Origin: Folioceros fuciformis
Lineage: Eukaryota
Assembly (NCBI GenBank): GCA_049999805.1
Contig: JBNGIO010006289.1
Span: 461,509 to 511,140, forward strand
DNA: 49,632 bases
Direction: 5' to 3'
Shown: positions 20,272 to 33,921 of the stretch, piece after piece
Layout of the letters: each line of letters opens with the position of its first letter
Position numbering within the stretch: the stretch's first letter is position 1
Made by a program: the position numbers and the translations under genes
Notes under the pieces: model-generated
The model's database searches: none
What the model saw: the letters and a program-made list of their open reading frames with translations, nothing else
What the model was told of the DNA's origin: nothing

Positions 20272-23200
20272 ATGGACGACGAGAAGATGGAGAAGATGGT
20301 GCAGGACTATCTGAGGAAAAAGGGGTACAAGAATGCGGAAGTGGCCTTCGAGGAAGAGAAAAATTCACAGCGGCAGCATTTCAGCCAGACTTCCTCCAAT
20401 TATGATCTCAGCAATCCTGTGTACTGCTGGTCGCATGATCCTCCAGCTTCCTACAAGGCAACATATGGCAAGCTTCAGTCTTGGGTGCATTCCTCCCTTG
20501 ATTTGTACAAGGTCTGTGGGCACGCTGACTGAAATTCATGTTGAATCAGAAACCAATCGCATAATCCGGCATTTCATGTCTTCCTGCCTTCCCTTGTACG
20601 CAGAACGAGTTGTTGCGGATACTGTACCCAGTGTTTGTGCACTTATTTCTGGATTTAGTGGGCAAGAACTCTTTGCAGGAAGGTATGGACCATGCTGGTG
20701 TTTCACGTACCTGTCATTTGTCCACGTTATGTTTCCTATGTCTCGGCATTGACAATTCTGCGCTGTGTTTACAGCTCGGGCATTCTTCCAGAGCTTTCGT
20801 GAGGATCACGAGGCGTTACATGTGCATGACTTGATTAAGCTTGAGGGTCTGTCCACCCCCCAGCATCTGGAGGTAGTTTCGGCACGTTATGCAAGCTCGT
20901 GTGAACTGGTACTGCCACTGTTTGCCAGAGTTGCTCTAAGAACTGGGTGGTTGTGGTGGAGCAGGAGAGCGAGCTTGCTTGTTCACTGCGTCAAACAAAG
21001 ATGGCTGTCACAATGTGTCAGGTGCGGTTTCACAGTCCACCTACACTCAGAAGGGATTACCACCTTAAACGTCGTGTAACAGCAGGACAACGTGAGATGG
21101 GATAAGTCATAAAGCGGCTTGTGACATATGGTTGCAGTATTCGCTGGACCTGCTCATGCAGTTTGTACACAGTTCGGACTCCCGTCTTATCCTTGGTATG
21201 ATCAACGCACATATTGATATAAAAGGTGAGCGTCACAGCAGAGTGAGACACTTCACCTTTTTTATCGCTCTTTGTCATCCTAAGAGGGGCCAGCGTGTGA
21301 TAGAGATGACGTTAATTGCTCTTTGCAGTGGTTCATGGGCAACCATCCCCCGTAGCAGAAGAGGATGAGGTACAGGGTATTACTGCCAGCCTGCCGTCAC
21401 ACACGTACAACAACCACAAGGAGATCCGCTGGGGGGTAATGATAGCATCTTCTGATGAAGTGTAGCCGTTGTTTGTCACAGATCTGCAACTACTGTGCTG
21501 TGCATTTCAACCTCAGTTTTTGATGATTTTCTTTCCTTAGCCGTAGGCGGTCACTCATACAGGAAACCTGTATCGCAGATTGTGATCAGTGCTCATACAT
21601 GATTGCAGAAACTGGAAGACTCATTTGAAGATAAACTTGAAAAGGAGTTGGCAGCTGAAAATGAGAAGGCTGAAGCAGAGGGCAAGGCTGAAGGTGAGGA
21701 AGGAAAGGTGTGTATCTATCCTCTCCTGGCTGGGTTGGTTGTGGAGAGCGTCAGCAGAATGACTTTTGAAAGCTATGCAGTGTCATTGGCTATCGAACCT
21801 TATCTGTATCTGATGTCGAAAGGCATGGTGTATGTCTTCCTGCAGAAAAGGGCAGGGGAAGGGAAGGCAGGAGGGGCTAGTAAAAAGTCCAAAAAAGCTT
21901 CAGGTGCAGGGAGGGGCGCAAAGCAAGATCCAAATGTTGCAGCTACTGCCCCTCGTGTGAAGTCAGAATTGACAATGCCTGATGTGTATGTGTTAGAGCG
22001 AGTGTTTCCCTTGGCTCTGTGGTTGGTCTTCTGATGATGCCGATATGCACTTTTGCTGTCTCAAGATGTAACGGCATGTGTCGATAGGGATGAAGAGACT
22101 GAACAGAAAATTTTGGAAGATCTTAGAAACCGTGCCAAGTTGAGCAGTGCTGCCCTTCCATCAGTGAGCTTCTATTCGTTCATCAACACACATAACAGGT
22201 GTAGTTACTTGATTGTGTCTTTCTACTCGTCTCATTCTCTGTGCCACTGCACAATTGTGATTATGAGGGTTGTTAACATGGCAGTCTCTTTTCAGCCTGA
22301 ACTGCGCAACTGTGTCAGCAGACGGCGCTATTGTAGCTGGAGGTTTTTCTGACTCATCTGTGAAGGTGGCTTGACTCATCTGCTCATGGTCCGCCTGGTT
22401 TCTGAATGTGTTCGCTATTGTTTTTTGAGAAGAGCGCCATGGCTTTAAGAGAGGAGCACATTTGTTGCAGAAGCCTAGCCATTTGTAGATTTCTACTGTA
22501 CTCAAGCTATGAATCGATGATTCAGGTGTGGGACATGGTTAAAATTGGGGAGCAACAAGAGCATCGAGAGAATGGTTGGTGGTCTGGGATATGTTCTTGT
22601 AGTTTTTTGGGGGTTCCCTGCGGTGGATGCGTGGGGGATGCTCGCGCAGTGCAGTGTTGTATTCTTCCATGGAGCAACCAATGCAATACGACAGTCTTGT
22701 GAACTGAGTGGTTGTTTCTTTTGTGCGTGTCTCAACAGGTGTTGCAAATGGCAATGGAACGAGCAAGGGAAAGGCGGCCTTTGTAGACTCCAAGGCGGCT
22801 TACACTCTCCTAAGTGGACATGCAGGGCCAATTTATGCAGTTGATTTCAGCATGGATGGAACCTGTCTTCTTTCGGCATCAGGAGATGCTACCGGTGCTG
22901 TACCTTCTTGGATGGTTTCTCTGATGCAGAGATTCCGCTCTCGTGTCTTCAGTTTCTTGTCCTGATTCGTTCTTTTCGTGCCCTTTAGGATGCTGCGCCA
23001 AGCAGCAGGTGTCGTGAACCGTCTACTAACAATCAGCTGTATCGGGATTCACAGTTCGACTATGGAGCCTGACTTTCAATGCCGATCTGGTCGCCTACAA
23101 GGGTCACAACTATCCTGTGTGGGATGTCAAGGTGCAAATCTACCAGTGTTTACGTTGCAGCTATCCTGAGAATTTCAGGAAACCTATCCGTGGGCAGGGC

Positions 23201-24251
23201 TAACGGAATGGTTCTTATTTGTCTCCAGTACTGTCCGATGGGACACTATTTTGCTAGCGCGTCTTATGACAGAACTGCCAGAGTATGGTCAACCGAAAGG
23301 AGCCAGCCTCTCAGGATCATGGCAGGACACCTGTCAGATGTAGATGTACGTGAAGTTCCAACCAAGTGACTTGAGGGGGGCCTTGAGATGTATCATGATC
23401 TGTGTGCGTGAACAGTGATGAAGTGTGGTGCATGACACTTGTGCAGTGCGTTCAATGGCATGTAAATTGCAACTATATAGCCACCGGTTCCAGCGACAAG
23501 ACTGTGCGACTGTGGGATGTTCAAACTGGAGAGTGTATGCGGCTCTTCACCGGTCACCGGGGGATGGTTCTTTCGCTTGCCATGTCGCCAGACGGACGTT
23601 ACATGGCTTCGGGGGATGAGGATGGAGCTATAATGATGTGGGATCTGGGAACAGGGCGTTGTGTCACACCCATGCTGGGCCATAGAGGATGTGTCTGGTC
23701 CCTTGCTTTCAGGTTCGCGGATCCCCCTGTTTAGTAAGCACAGTGATGCAAAGCCGGAGAGTCTTCTGGCTGCTTTGGCGGCTGTGGCGGTAACCCGATG
23801 ATTTTGATGCAGTGGTGAAGGGACACTTCTGGCATCTGGTTCAGCTGACAACACCGTCAGGCTCTGGGACGTCAATGCAAGTAACAAAGTGTCGTCACGA
23901 AGCGACGATAAGTACGTGTATATTGCGCTAACAAAGTTGTCGTGAACATTACGAGGTTGTCATCGTCAACTCATTCTGCTCTGCTCATCGCCATGCAGGA
24001 GCGCAGTGCGGCGGCTGAGGCTCTTGAAAACCTTTCCGACCAAGGCAACTCCTGTATACTGTCTGAAGGTTCGTGCTTAGTCCGATAGGCCTCCTCTTCT
24101 CCTTCCCACGCTGTCCCGCGCCATGGTGGGTCGGGATATTTTGCCCTCACTCGCACCTAATGCGGCTTTGTGGTCTTTGTTTGTGTGTGTCCAGTTTTCA
24201 AGGCGCAACCTCTTACTCGCCGCTGGTGCTTTCAGTCCAATCAAAGCTTAG
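20272..24251 (+). CDS. TAF5: TFIID subunit 5 (LisH-like + NTD2 + WD40 repeats), many short exons
   Basis: Motifs VQDYLRKKGYK, YGKLQSWVHSSLDLYK|NELLRILYPVFVHLFLDLV, LSSAALPSVSFYSFINTHN, YKGHNYPVWDV, PLRIMAGHLSDVD|CVQWHVNCNYIATGSSDKTVRLWDV and FSRRNLLLAAGAF; TAG ends at 24251. Confidence 0.93.
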
Positions 24252-24872
24252 ACGGGGCCAGTGATCTGGTCCAACATTTCTTCGCTCGCTCGCGGCTGGT
24301 GCCGACCTTTCAATCAAAGCTTCGACGGGGGGTCGATTGACCGGTCCCCGTTCGAGGAAAAGACGGAATTGGATCAAGCGGCTTTCCTATGTTTTTGTCC
24401 CTACGAAAAAAAGCTCTTTGAGCATAAACAGACGGCCTGCTTCCTGGAACATCGCTGTGCCCTTCCCGTGCTGCTCCATCGCGCCTCATGCACTCGCTTA
24501 GCAATTCGGGCCCGGGCAAGCGGGCGGCCCCAGGTGTTGTGACGCTGTACCACGTTCTCTTCCTCCCAATTCGCGCAGGAAGAGCACCTCGAATTTCATA
24601 TGCCCGCGAACCGTGTGCGGCAGTCGCGAGCGGGAAATGCGCTCTCCGTCTCCTCTCAGGCCGCCTGTGCTCACTGCAAGTGGCCACACATTTGCTCCGA
24701 GTTGCCAGGATCCAGCATATCTCACACCCATAGCAGCTCGGGCCAATTCATACGCGCTTTTTGGCAAGGACTTCACGCATTTCTGAGCTCCTCGCGGATA
24801 TGGTGCAGGGGATCTAATTTCCAGAATCTGGTACCGGTTTGCGTGTAACAGAGGCTGCATTCTGGCCGCGGA

Positions 24873-27800
24873 ATGTCGTGGGGACTCGGGAGTTGGAAGA
24901 GGCAAGGGGATGCGTTTCACCTAACCCTGGGCTATGGCCAGCAGCAACCAATTGTCGATTCTTCCCCGAAAGCTGTTAAGGATGGGATGGTTGTCAAGCT
25001 GGGAGACCTCAAGGCACCTGCTGGAGCTGCGCCGGATCTGGCATCCGGTTGCAGGTATCGTGTGCAACTGGATTGGTCAGCGGGTGACGATGAAGACCAA
25101 GTTGTCCTCAAACTTCAGTCCCAGCTGATGGTTACTTTGCCGGCACCACACGACGAAGTTAAAGTCCATCTAGTGGTGAATGAGGGAGAACAGCCCCCTG
25201 TCATTGGCAGACTTCTTGACGATGATGATGCTCGCCAGAATGATTTGCGTCGCACTGTGGCTGTGGTTCTTCAAGTCTACAAGCGGAGAGAGTCGCTTAG
25301 AGTGGTGTCCATGTCCAGGACACCGGGTTCTGGACCTGTCTCCGATGGATTGGGAGTTGTGGCAAGAATACTGGACCCTGGGGCCCTGGAGAAACTTGCC
25401 CTTGGAGGCGTTACTGAAGAATTGTTGGGTTCCACCCAGCATTGGCGCTCAGTCACAACCCTCAACTTGTCCTCTTGCGCTCTCGCTGTTAGTCTGCCAA
25501 TTCCTCGTTGTCCTTGTTCACTAGGCTTTGAAGTCAGTCATGTCTAATTATCTGCAATTGTCACTTGTACAGGCATTACCTGCAGAGCTCATGCGCCTGC
25601 CCATGCTTGAAGAGCTCTATCTTGACAACAACAAACTGACTATGCTGCCCCAAGAAGTAGGCCAGCTCACACGTTTGCGAGTTCTTCGAGTCGATCAAAA
25701 TCTGCTCATCTCTCTTCCCGGTTTGTGCTTGAGCCTGGAATTGGCAATCGGCGCTGTCTCACCACTTTTATCTTGTATGAGCCTTTATTTGTTCCACTTC
25801 AAGACGATGGCTCTTGATCTGTGCTGGCCAATTTGCAGCGGAACTGCACAAGTGTGTAGCCTTAGTGGAGTTGTCTCTGGAGCAAAATAAATTAGTCAGG
25901 CCGCTGCTGGATTTCAGGTAATGCCTTGGCTCGTAAGCTTCCCTAGCCGCAGGAACTGTCATTAGTTTTTTCGTCCAGCCACTACCTAGCCCTTCAGATT
26001 TTGTGCGTCATGGTCGTGGTAAGGGAAGTTAACCGACCGTTCTCGTACTGTTTTCAAGCAGGGCAATGGTGAAATTAAGAGTACTACGACTCTTCGGCAA
26101 TCCTGTTGAATACCTTCCTGAGATTCTTCCTTGTACTAAATTGCGATATCTCTCATTGGCTAATGTACGGATTGAAGGTGACGAGACCCTTTCACATGTC
26201 GATGTCAGCATCGAGGTGAGCTCGATTAGGCTGACCTTTTCTTGTCATTCAAAGGAATGTTCTGACAGGTTTCAGCTGTCTTCTTGTGGTACGCTCTGCA
26301 GGCTGAAACCGCCTCATACTTTGCTGCCTCAAAGCACAAGCTCAGTGCTTTCTTCTCCCTAATATTCCGATTTTCATCGTGTCAACATCCTCTGCTGGCA
26401 TCTGCCCTTGCAAATATTGCCCAAGATAATAGCAACCGAGCTGCAATTGGGAAAGACGAGAGTGCTGTACGACAACTCCTCAGCATGATGCTGAGTGAGA
26501 ACCGGCATGTGGTGAGTGTAAAAAATGTTTTCGATGTGCAGAAATAGCCAGCGCCCACTCTCTGGCCTGGGTAGAGTCTGCAGGAAAACTGTGTTTGTGT
26601 CAAGTTGGCTTTACATTTGATTCAGTCCCTTCAATTTTTATTCGACAGGTTGAGCAAGCCTGCCTTGCATTATCATCGTTAGCTGCGGATCCATCACTTG
26701 TTATGCGGTTAATGAGGGCTGATGTGATCCAAGCCATAGAGCAAGTTTTAAGATCAACGATACCAGAGCTACTCATGTCTGTGCTCCCAGTCATTGCCAA
26801 TCTGGCGTTTACCTCTGATGCAGTTGCTTCAAAAGTGCTGACAAAGGAGATTTTCAGGCGTCTAAAACTACTGTGCGCTCACAGCCACAGCGAGGTCTGT
26901 CTTTTTCTTGTACTCCTGGCCTTGTATGGAAAGCAATACTGATAGCCCGCACATTGGTACAATTCAGCCCTCAAATGGATATCCTGAATGCTGTCGTTTG
27001 TACCTTTTCTAGAGGAACAGGTGCAGAGAAGAGCACTGTTGGCAGTTGGTAACTTAGCATTTTGTTTGGACACTCGCCGCCAACTGCTTGCATCTGACAG
27101 TCTCCGCGAGCTGCTTCTTCGGCTTTCAGCAGCGGCGAATGAGCATATCTGTAAAGCAGCAGTACGCGTTCTGGCCATTCTTGGTACTTGACACACTGAA
27201 CTTCTGTCTGAAAATTTGCTGTTCACTGTATGTTGAAGTAATATCTGAGTATCAAGCGCTTCTTACCTCAGGTGAGAATGAATACCTGCGGCGGGCAGTT
27301 AAAGGGCGGCCTGTGCCGAAGAGAGGATTGCGTATTCTGTCAATGGATGGAGGAGGTATGAGGGGACTGGCAACAGTGCAAATGCTGAGGAGAATAGAAA
27401 AAGGAACAGGAAAGAAAATTCACGAGCTATTTGACTTGATCTGTGGCACATCAACGGGTGGGATGCTTTCTGTGGCTTTGGGCATAAAACATTTGAGCCT
27501 TGACCATTGTGAGGAGATCTACAAAAATTTAGGTTCTTTACCAAACTCTTTTGTGCCAGGTCATGGTAGTAGCTGACTTTTATGAATGTGAATGTTGAGC
27601 CCCAAATGTTGTGTTTGGATTACGAGACCTACAGCAGCTTTGTTCGTGTGAACAGGAAAACTGGTCTTTGCTGTGCCAATTCCTAAGGACAACGAAGCAG
27701 CGTCCTGGAGGGAGAAAATAGACCAGCTTTATAAAAGTTCATCACAACAATTCCGTGTGGTTGTCCACGGCTCAAAGGTGGATTTCAAGATAGGGTTGAA

Positions 27801-30800
27801 TATGTTGCAACTGTCGTAAGTGCGTGTGCCTGATCTAACACGTTTTATGTATGTAGCATAATGCAGATGAATTTGAACGACTGCTGAAGGAGATGTGTGC
27901 GGACGATGATGGGAATCTTCTCATAGAGTCTGCTGTAAAGGGTGTCCCCAAGGTTTTTGTTGTGGCAACCTTAGTCAGTGTCACCCCCGCTCAACCGTTT
28001 GTGTTCAGAAATTATCAGGTCTACTGCAAGTCAAGTGTATGCTGGACCACAAAAGACTTCTCACCTTTCCTTTTTTTCCCCTCTGAACTCATAACATTCT
28101 TCGCATTATGCAGTACCCACCAGGAACATCAGAGACATCATACTGGACAACTGACGGACCAGCTTTAGGAACAGCTACCACCACAGTGCCTTTAACTACG
28201 CGGCGTACTGCATTCTTTGGGAGTTGCAAGCATCATGTGTGGGAGGCCATCAGAGCTTCATCAGCAGCTCCTTACTATTTAGATGATTTCGGCGATGGTA
28301 GTGCCATGAACACGTCTCTCATATGCTGTAGTGCTGTTTGGAAACCAGTAGTTTCCTTGGCAGCTGCACATGCTCACTACACGTGTTGCAGAGACCAATC
28401 GCTGGCAAGATGGAGCTATCGTTGCGAATAACCCAGCAATCATTGCCATTCGTGAAGCTCAGCTTTTGTGGCCAGATATACCCATAGCTTGTTTGGTGTC
28501 CGTAGGCTGTGGTAATCTTCCTGTGAAGGTACATTATCAATTTGTCAAAGTTAAGAGTGGAATTCATTGTGAATGGTGGGGCACACCTTAGTTACTGCTG
28601 ATAGCGTTTTGGATGTAATCCTGAAGACGCGTGGCAAAGGGGGATGGCGTTACATTGATACGGGACAGGTCCTGATCGAGAGTGCATGTTCTGTTGAGCG
28701 AGCAGAAGAAGCACTGGATACACTGCTCGCCCTTCTTCCCAATATCCAGTACTTTCGCTTCAATCCAGGTGCACCCGTCCAGCTTTTCGTCAAACCTTAC
28801 CACATTGTATCACATTAGTCTGCAAAGCTGAAAATTGTGAATAGTGAGCAAAGCATGCATACAAGTGGGGCTGGTCTGTACCTTTTGTGGAGAAAAGTGG
28901 GCCTTGTATTCTGAGATGGGCACGTGCTTCACAGTGGATGACAGATGTGGAATGGAGCTTGATGAGACTGACCCGCTTGAGTGGGTTAAGCTTGAAGCTG
29001 CCACAGACGAATATGTGGAGGCTAATAGCAAAGCTTTCGAAGAGGCTTGCAACTGCTTGGTGCCCCCAGTATCAGAAGAGCAGAGTCTGCCCGAGAGATT
29101 TCGCAACAGCCTCGGAGTAGTGTCATCGCTGAATGGGCGAGGTCAAGATGTTTTGAGAATTTTGTGCCTCTTGCAAACAATTTGCGCTTCGTCATGTGGA
29201 GCTATATCCCACTGACAATCAATCATGTGATACAGGTTGGGATGAGACAGGTCCTGGGCTAGGTTGGAGACGCAGAGTGCTAATGGCTGAAGCAATTAGA
29301 TGCCCCGAACTTGCAAACGCAACACCACATACACGGTACCTGGAAAGCTTTTGTTCACGCCAAAACATAAAGCTTGAGCTTTTCAACAGTGTTCCAGCGG
29401 CCTCAAAGGTGCCTGGTCCTGTTCGGACACCCTTTACATCTCCTCCCTTCGTGGGTAGTCTCTCTGTTAGCCCTCATGTTTTCAGTCCTGACTTGAGTGC
29501 GCACCCATTGGGTCGGCTGGAAGTTCCTCATCTGAGCCTAGATGGTAGTTCAACAACGAGATCCGCTAATTCACCGCCTGGGTCCCCTCCCCTGGGTCCG
29601 CACCAACTAACTGGACCTTTGTTGGCACTTCATGAAAGGCTACTCAGCTCACCACAAGTGGGCATAGTGCACTTGGCCCTCCACAGTGAATATGAGGGGC
29701 TTGTACTGAGGTAAGTTCTAGGTGGATGCTTCGTTCGCTTACTTGCTGGCCAGCTTTCTAGTGGTCTAATCGTGGAAGTTGACCTTGTATGGGACAGCTG
29801 GAAGACAGACCACATTGCTGTGGCGGATCCTGGGGAGACATCGGAAGGCTTTTTGCAAAGTGTTGTTGCAAGCATCAGGCAGTCTTCTGAACCAAACCGG
29901 AGAAGAGGTAGCACGCCAGTTCTCAACATTGCGAGTCTTGCCAATCTTGTAACAGAACACCCTTCATTTATGCTGGCAGGGGCCATGCATCGATTTACTG
30001 GCCGCCACACCCAGGTTTGTAGAGTTGTTCCCTTGGAAACCGCCTTAAGGAAACTGTGAACGTCTCCTGTAGACTTATGTGGGTTCTGATCTAAGTCGTA
30101 TCTTCCACTTGCCTACGCAGGTACTTGCAGACGGACAGGAAGTTGGAGCCTACATGTTCCAGCGAACAAGGCCAGCATCGTATCTGTCGGCGGAGGATGT
30201 ACATATGATGGTATGTCACGCTGATGCTTGCATAAGTTGTATGCTCGAAACATACAATCGTTAGGAATCCCATTCTGCATGTCAAATGTACTGGAGCTTC
30301 ATAATGCGCACGAACTTTCGACATCAGGAAACTTCAGCTGATTTCATTTCTCACCATGATAACTCCGGCCTTCATATGGTGCTTGATACTTCCGTGTTTT
30401 TCTTTTCTGCAGGTTGGTGATTGGCGTGGTCGAATAGTCATTTGCAGTGGGTCGTGTGGCCCTCCTTCATCACTGGTAAAAGCATTTTTGGACGTTGGAG
30501 CCAAAGCGGTGATTGCTCCGGACAGAGAGCCAACTGATATGAATGCCAAAGGGGAGACCGCAACTGGTTTAAGGGATGGGACAGATAATGAGTTTGCGCG
30601 ATTTGTAATAGAGGACGAAGATATCGACGAGGAGGTGACTCCAGGCAGTCCTTGCAGTGACTGGGAAGATGACGAGCGGCTACTCAAAACGGATGAATCT
30701 GAGGAGAAGGATCTTGCTGCCTTTCTCAGTGTTTTGTATGATGCTCTGTTCAGGGAAGGCGTTGGAGCCGAGGTAGCGCTTATGCGGGCCCTCGATGTTC

Positions 30801-30841
30801 AGCCCCAACGGTCATATGCCTGTCATTTGCCAACTCGGTGA
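24873..30841 (+). CDS. PLA1: Phospholipase A I (patatin-like pPLA-I, At1g61850-like; LRR + ARM + patatin), multi-exon
   Basis: N-terminal MSWGLGSWKR..FHLTLGYG, LRRs (LEELYLDNNKLTMLP), ARM repeats, and patatin motifs ILSMDGGGMRG (~27346), GTSTG (27445) and DGA (28409). C-terminal FLSVLYDALFREG...YACHLP. Confidence 0.92.
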
Positions 30842-31260
30842 TTGCGTCGGTGCATACAAACCGACTTGACCTTTGGGTCCAGGAAAAGGAAGTAGTCTTG
30901 CTTAAGTAGAGCAATGCGTAAGCATTGTATCGTAACACTTGTGCCACAAGTAGTCTACAACTGTGACTGGCGCAAGTCTGTGGAAACTTGTCTCCACAGA
31001 CTTGTCTCATGTAACCCGACGAACATGAGCTGCGAATACCGCAGTGAATGGAGCCACAAGTAAGCTTAGTCTACAGGTGCACAAGTTGATTGCAGCCTTG
31101 GGGTCCTGGTGGCTACCTCCGGCTCGTGCTTGGGCACACCAGAAATGCCTCGCACGATACGCTATTGGGGGCTATCGTGCGATTTTTCACTACTGCAAGT
31201 CCTCTCTTCTAAAGTACAATTGGTAACTCCGTGGGAAGAGTGCACTCAGTTAAGCAACAC

Positions 31261-32877
31261 TCACTGCTTTCCGCACGGTGACGAACAAACCAGCTTGGGG
31301 GCCTCCAGTCCAGACTGCAAGTCTTTCACCCAGGTAGGCACATCTGAATATCCCAGCCAGCGATGTAAAGTTTCCTTGACTTGTAACACTAAGAGCCACA
31401 GTGAGGTCCTTCCACAACTCACCTTGTGAACTTGACGAGCAACACTTCTGGCCGACCGTAATCTGGAGCCATGGAAGCAAATTGATGATAACAAGTTTCC
31501 ACCAACAAGAAGAAGTGGCAAACTGAGCCAAGTAAGATCCAGCAGGTTGATTCTGTGCCCCCAGTGAGAGGCAAAGAGAGGATGGTACACTGGAGCCCCT
31601 CCTGTCTCTCCAACCCTTCTGGCCAGATTCTTTATGACCAGAAGCAGACCCTCTGCCTGTCTACCTTTCCGCAACAGTGCTGAATAGTGACCTGGCGTCA
31701 AGCTCGACAGCCATCCATCTTCTGATCCCCACAGACATGTTTGTCTCAATGTCTTTTCTAGTGCTCTGCCCACTTCTACCTCAAGCCTCCCATCGGACCG
31801 AACGAAAAACAACAAGATGTTGTTACCATCTGATTCCGTGTCCATCTTCCAAAAGCTAAACAGCATTTGGGCAAACGACTTTGCTGAAAGAGACGGATTG
31901 CCTATGGCTTCTACTGTCACCAATGTGACCTCTGTTCCTGTGTTATACCTCAATGCATCAAGCACAGAGTTGATATGCTCCACAACAGGTCCGCTCATTA
32001 AGCCTGCCTGATCTGACACCGAGCACCCCCATTCTCGAGGATCTGGGATTTCGTAGACCGAGTTATAGGCAGCTGCTCTTGCTAGGGTGAGGTCCACAAG
32101 GTAAGCCACATCCTGTATTGATTGTGTGTTGCTGTGCAAAGCTGGTTCAACGTCCAGACCAAATTCTCCTGATCGCCTGTCATAAATTGGCCATTCAGGA
32201 GGGCGAGAATTCTCCCGAAGAGTTCTCCCCTCTCCAGGAAGCCGCGTGCGGATCTGAGTCAAAGAAGGATGCGGGATTAGTGAGACGACAGGTGAATCCA
32301 CTGGCAGATTGTGCTTGCCCACCATGGACATACTCATGCCGATGCCCAGCATGAGGGACACAGCTGCGGTGAGCAAGGCAGCACCAATGATCCCTTTCCT
32401 GCCACTGCTTGTTCCTCGCTGTGTCACGCCCACTCCCTGCACAATGTGCACATCCTCCACTAACCGGCTAACCCCATTAGCTGGACCGGTAGGGGCAGAA
32501 CTGGTGAAGGTGGAGCGGAACCAGGTAGTGCTACTCGATCCTTGTTGGTGCCCAATTTGATCTCTCCGGTGCGACGATCCAGCCGGTCTGAAGAGACTAC
32601 AGTGGGAAAGCACTGATCTACGCCGGTTTTTAACCACCAGTCTCCTGTCCATCTGGTTCTGCATCCTCAGCCAATCTTGCTTCTGCCTTCTCCGCCAATA
32701 TCCTGACTTGCCCAGATCCTGAAATTCGTCACCTGGATACCGCTGCGATGCACAAGCCTGTGGATTCCCACCTCTCACACTAACCGTGCTCCAACGTTTA
32801 ATTCTCACCACCCCTGAGCTTGAGGTACAAGGCCCGGGCCCCGGGCCAAGATCGTGGTGCACGCTCCAAGTTGCCAT
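31261..32877 (-). CDS. TPM-domain (TLP18.3/Psb32/MOLO-1, YgcG-like) membrane protein; both ends uncertain
   Basis: Long ORF with EIPDPR..SVSDQAGLMS, TGTEVTLVTVEAI, FAQMLFSFWKM..GNNILLFFVRSDGRLEVEVGRALE, flanked by hydrophobic segments. The first ATG after an upstream stop is at 32877. Confidence 0.65.
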   Translation of the reverse strand: MATWSVHHDLGPGPGPCTSSSGVVRIKRWSTVSVRGGNPQACASQRYPGDEFQDLGKSGYWRRRQKQDWLRMQNQMDRRLVVKNRRRSVLSHCSLFRPAGSSHRRDQIGHQQGSSSTTWFRSTFTSSAPTGPANGVSRLVEDVHIVQGVGVTQRGTSSGRKGIIGAALLTAAVSLMLGIGMSMSMVGKHNLPVDSPVVSLIPHPSLTQIRTRLPGEGRTLRENSRPPEWPIYDRRSGEFGLDVEPALHSNTQSIQDVAYLVDLTLARAAAYNSVYEIPDPREWGCSVSDQAGLMSGPVVEHINSVLDALRYNTGTEVTLVTVEAIGNPSLSAKSFAQMLFSFWKMDTESDGNNILLFFVRSDGRLEVEVGRALEKTLRQTCLWGSEDGWLSSLTPGHYSALLRKGRQAEGLLLVIKNLARRVGETGGAPVYHPLFASHWGHRINLLDLTWLSLPLLLVGGNLLSSICFHGSRLRSARSVARQVHKVSCGRTSLWLLVLQVKETLHRWLGYSDVPTWVKDLQSGLEAPKLVCSSPCGKQ

Positions 32878-33849
32878 CCCCGGGACGAGCTCAACTGCCC
32901 ACCAACATTCTGGCCGGCAGCTGCGACAGTCACCCTTACACACTCACTCGATGCCTGCAAGTAGCTCTCAGCCGGCCATTTGGACGGATGCCATGGAACA
33001 TTGCAAGTCAGTGGACAGTGGATGGTTGTGGATAATATATTCATGCAGCTCCACCCACCAAACCGAGGAAAGGAATCCGACAAGACTAAAATTCTACTCC
33101 ACTCAGAGAAATGAAGTAATTGGTGGACAGATGGCAGCAGACACTGGCAGGTTGGTGACAAAGCCTGCTAGCGGATAATACTGGATCATCGGACCGTGCA
33201 CCTCCACTTCTCTGTGGCTTTCCTTCGTTGAACGTTTCTGGTTCGGCTGCGAAGTCCAGACTTGGTTGGGAGTCGGACTCGCACCTTGGTTGGGGTCGGT
33301 GGCTGACATGTGGCGACCGCATCCCACCCACATGTGGGGCCCATCTAACAAGTGTTCCAGGGAGCTCTCAGTTTCGAGTCCATTTCGATCATCCAAGTCA
33401 GTAGTCGGGTCTACGATAGACCGATCATGTTTTAAGGGTACTTCTTGTTCCAAGGGTTGGACAACTTGTAGGCCCATACAGGGCCCTCCTTTCCCTTCCC
33501 TTGCCCTTTTGTTGTACGATCTGATCCCCTCACTTCTGGTTGATGTTGCGCAGCAACCGTTTCCCCAACCCGCGCCTCCGCTCTCCTCCCATTTCCATGC
33601 TTGTACAGGCATGAAAGCGGGCCCTTATTCGCGACGGGTCCTTAAACCTCGGCTGTATGTCTCCAGTATCCTCCACCGCAGGATCTGTTGGTCACCCGCT
33701 GCTAGCCAATCACCGTAGACGCGCACCACAAAAAAAATGTTGAACCTCCCTCCGGTCCATTGGACCGTTGGTTACCGAGCTTTTCGAAAACCCCTATCAG
33801 CTTGAGTCCAAAGACTCCAATGGCGACACGTTCGGCAAAATGCTGGTCT

Positions 33850-33921
33850 TGTAGTTGTGGGATGTTTCTTACGTCATTTGTCGGTAGTAGAGTTGTGGCA
33901 CGTATCTTACGTCATTTGTCG
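33850..33921. repeat. ~38-bp tandem duplication containing TCTTACGTCATTTGTCG twice (ACGTCA/TGACG bZIP-type cores)
   Basis: Identical 17-mers at 33867-33883 and 33905-33921. Confidence 0.75.

Noticed and set aside
33103-33718. ORFs upstream of the TPM gene
   Set aside because: No recognisable domain, and I could not establish an in-phase splice to the TPM ORF; may be UTR or an unresolved first exon.
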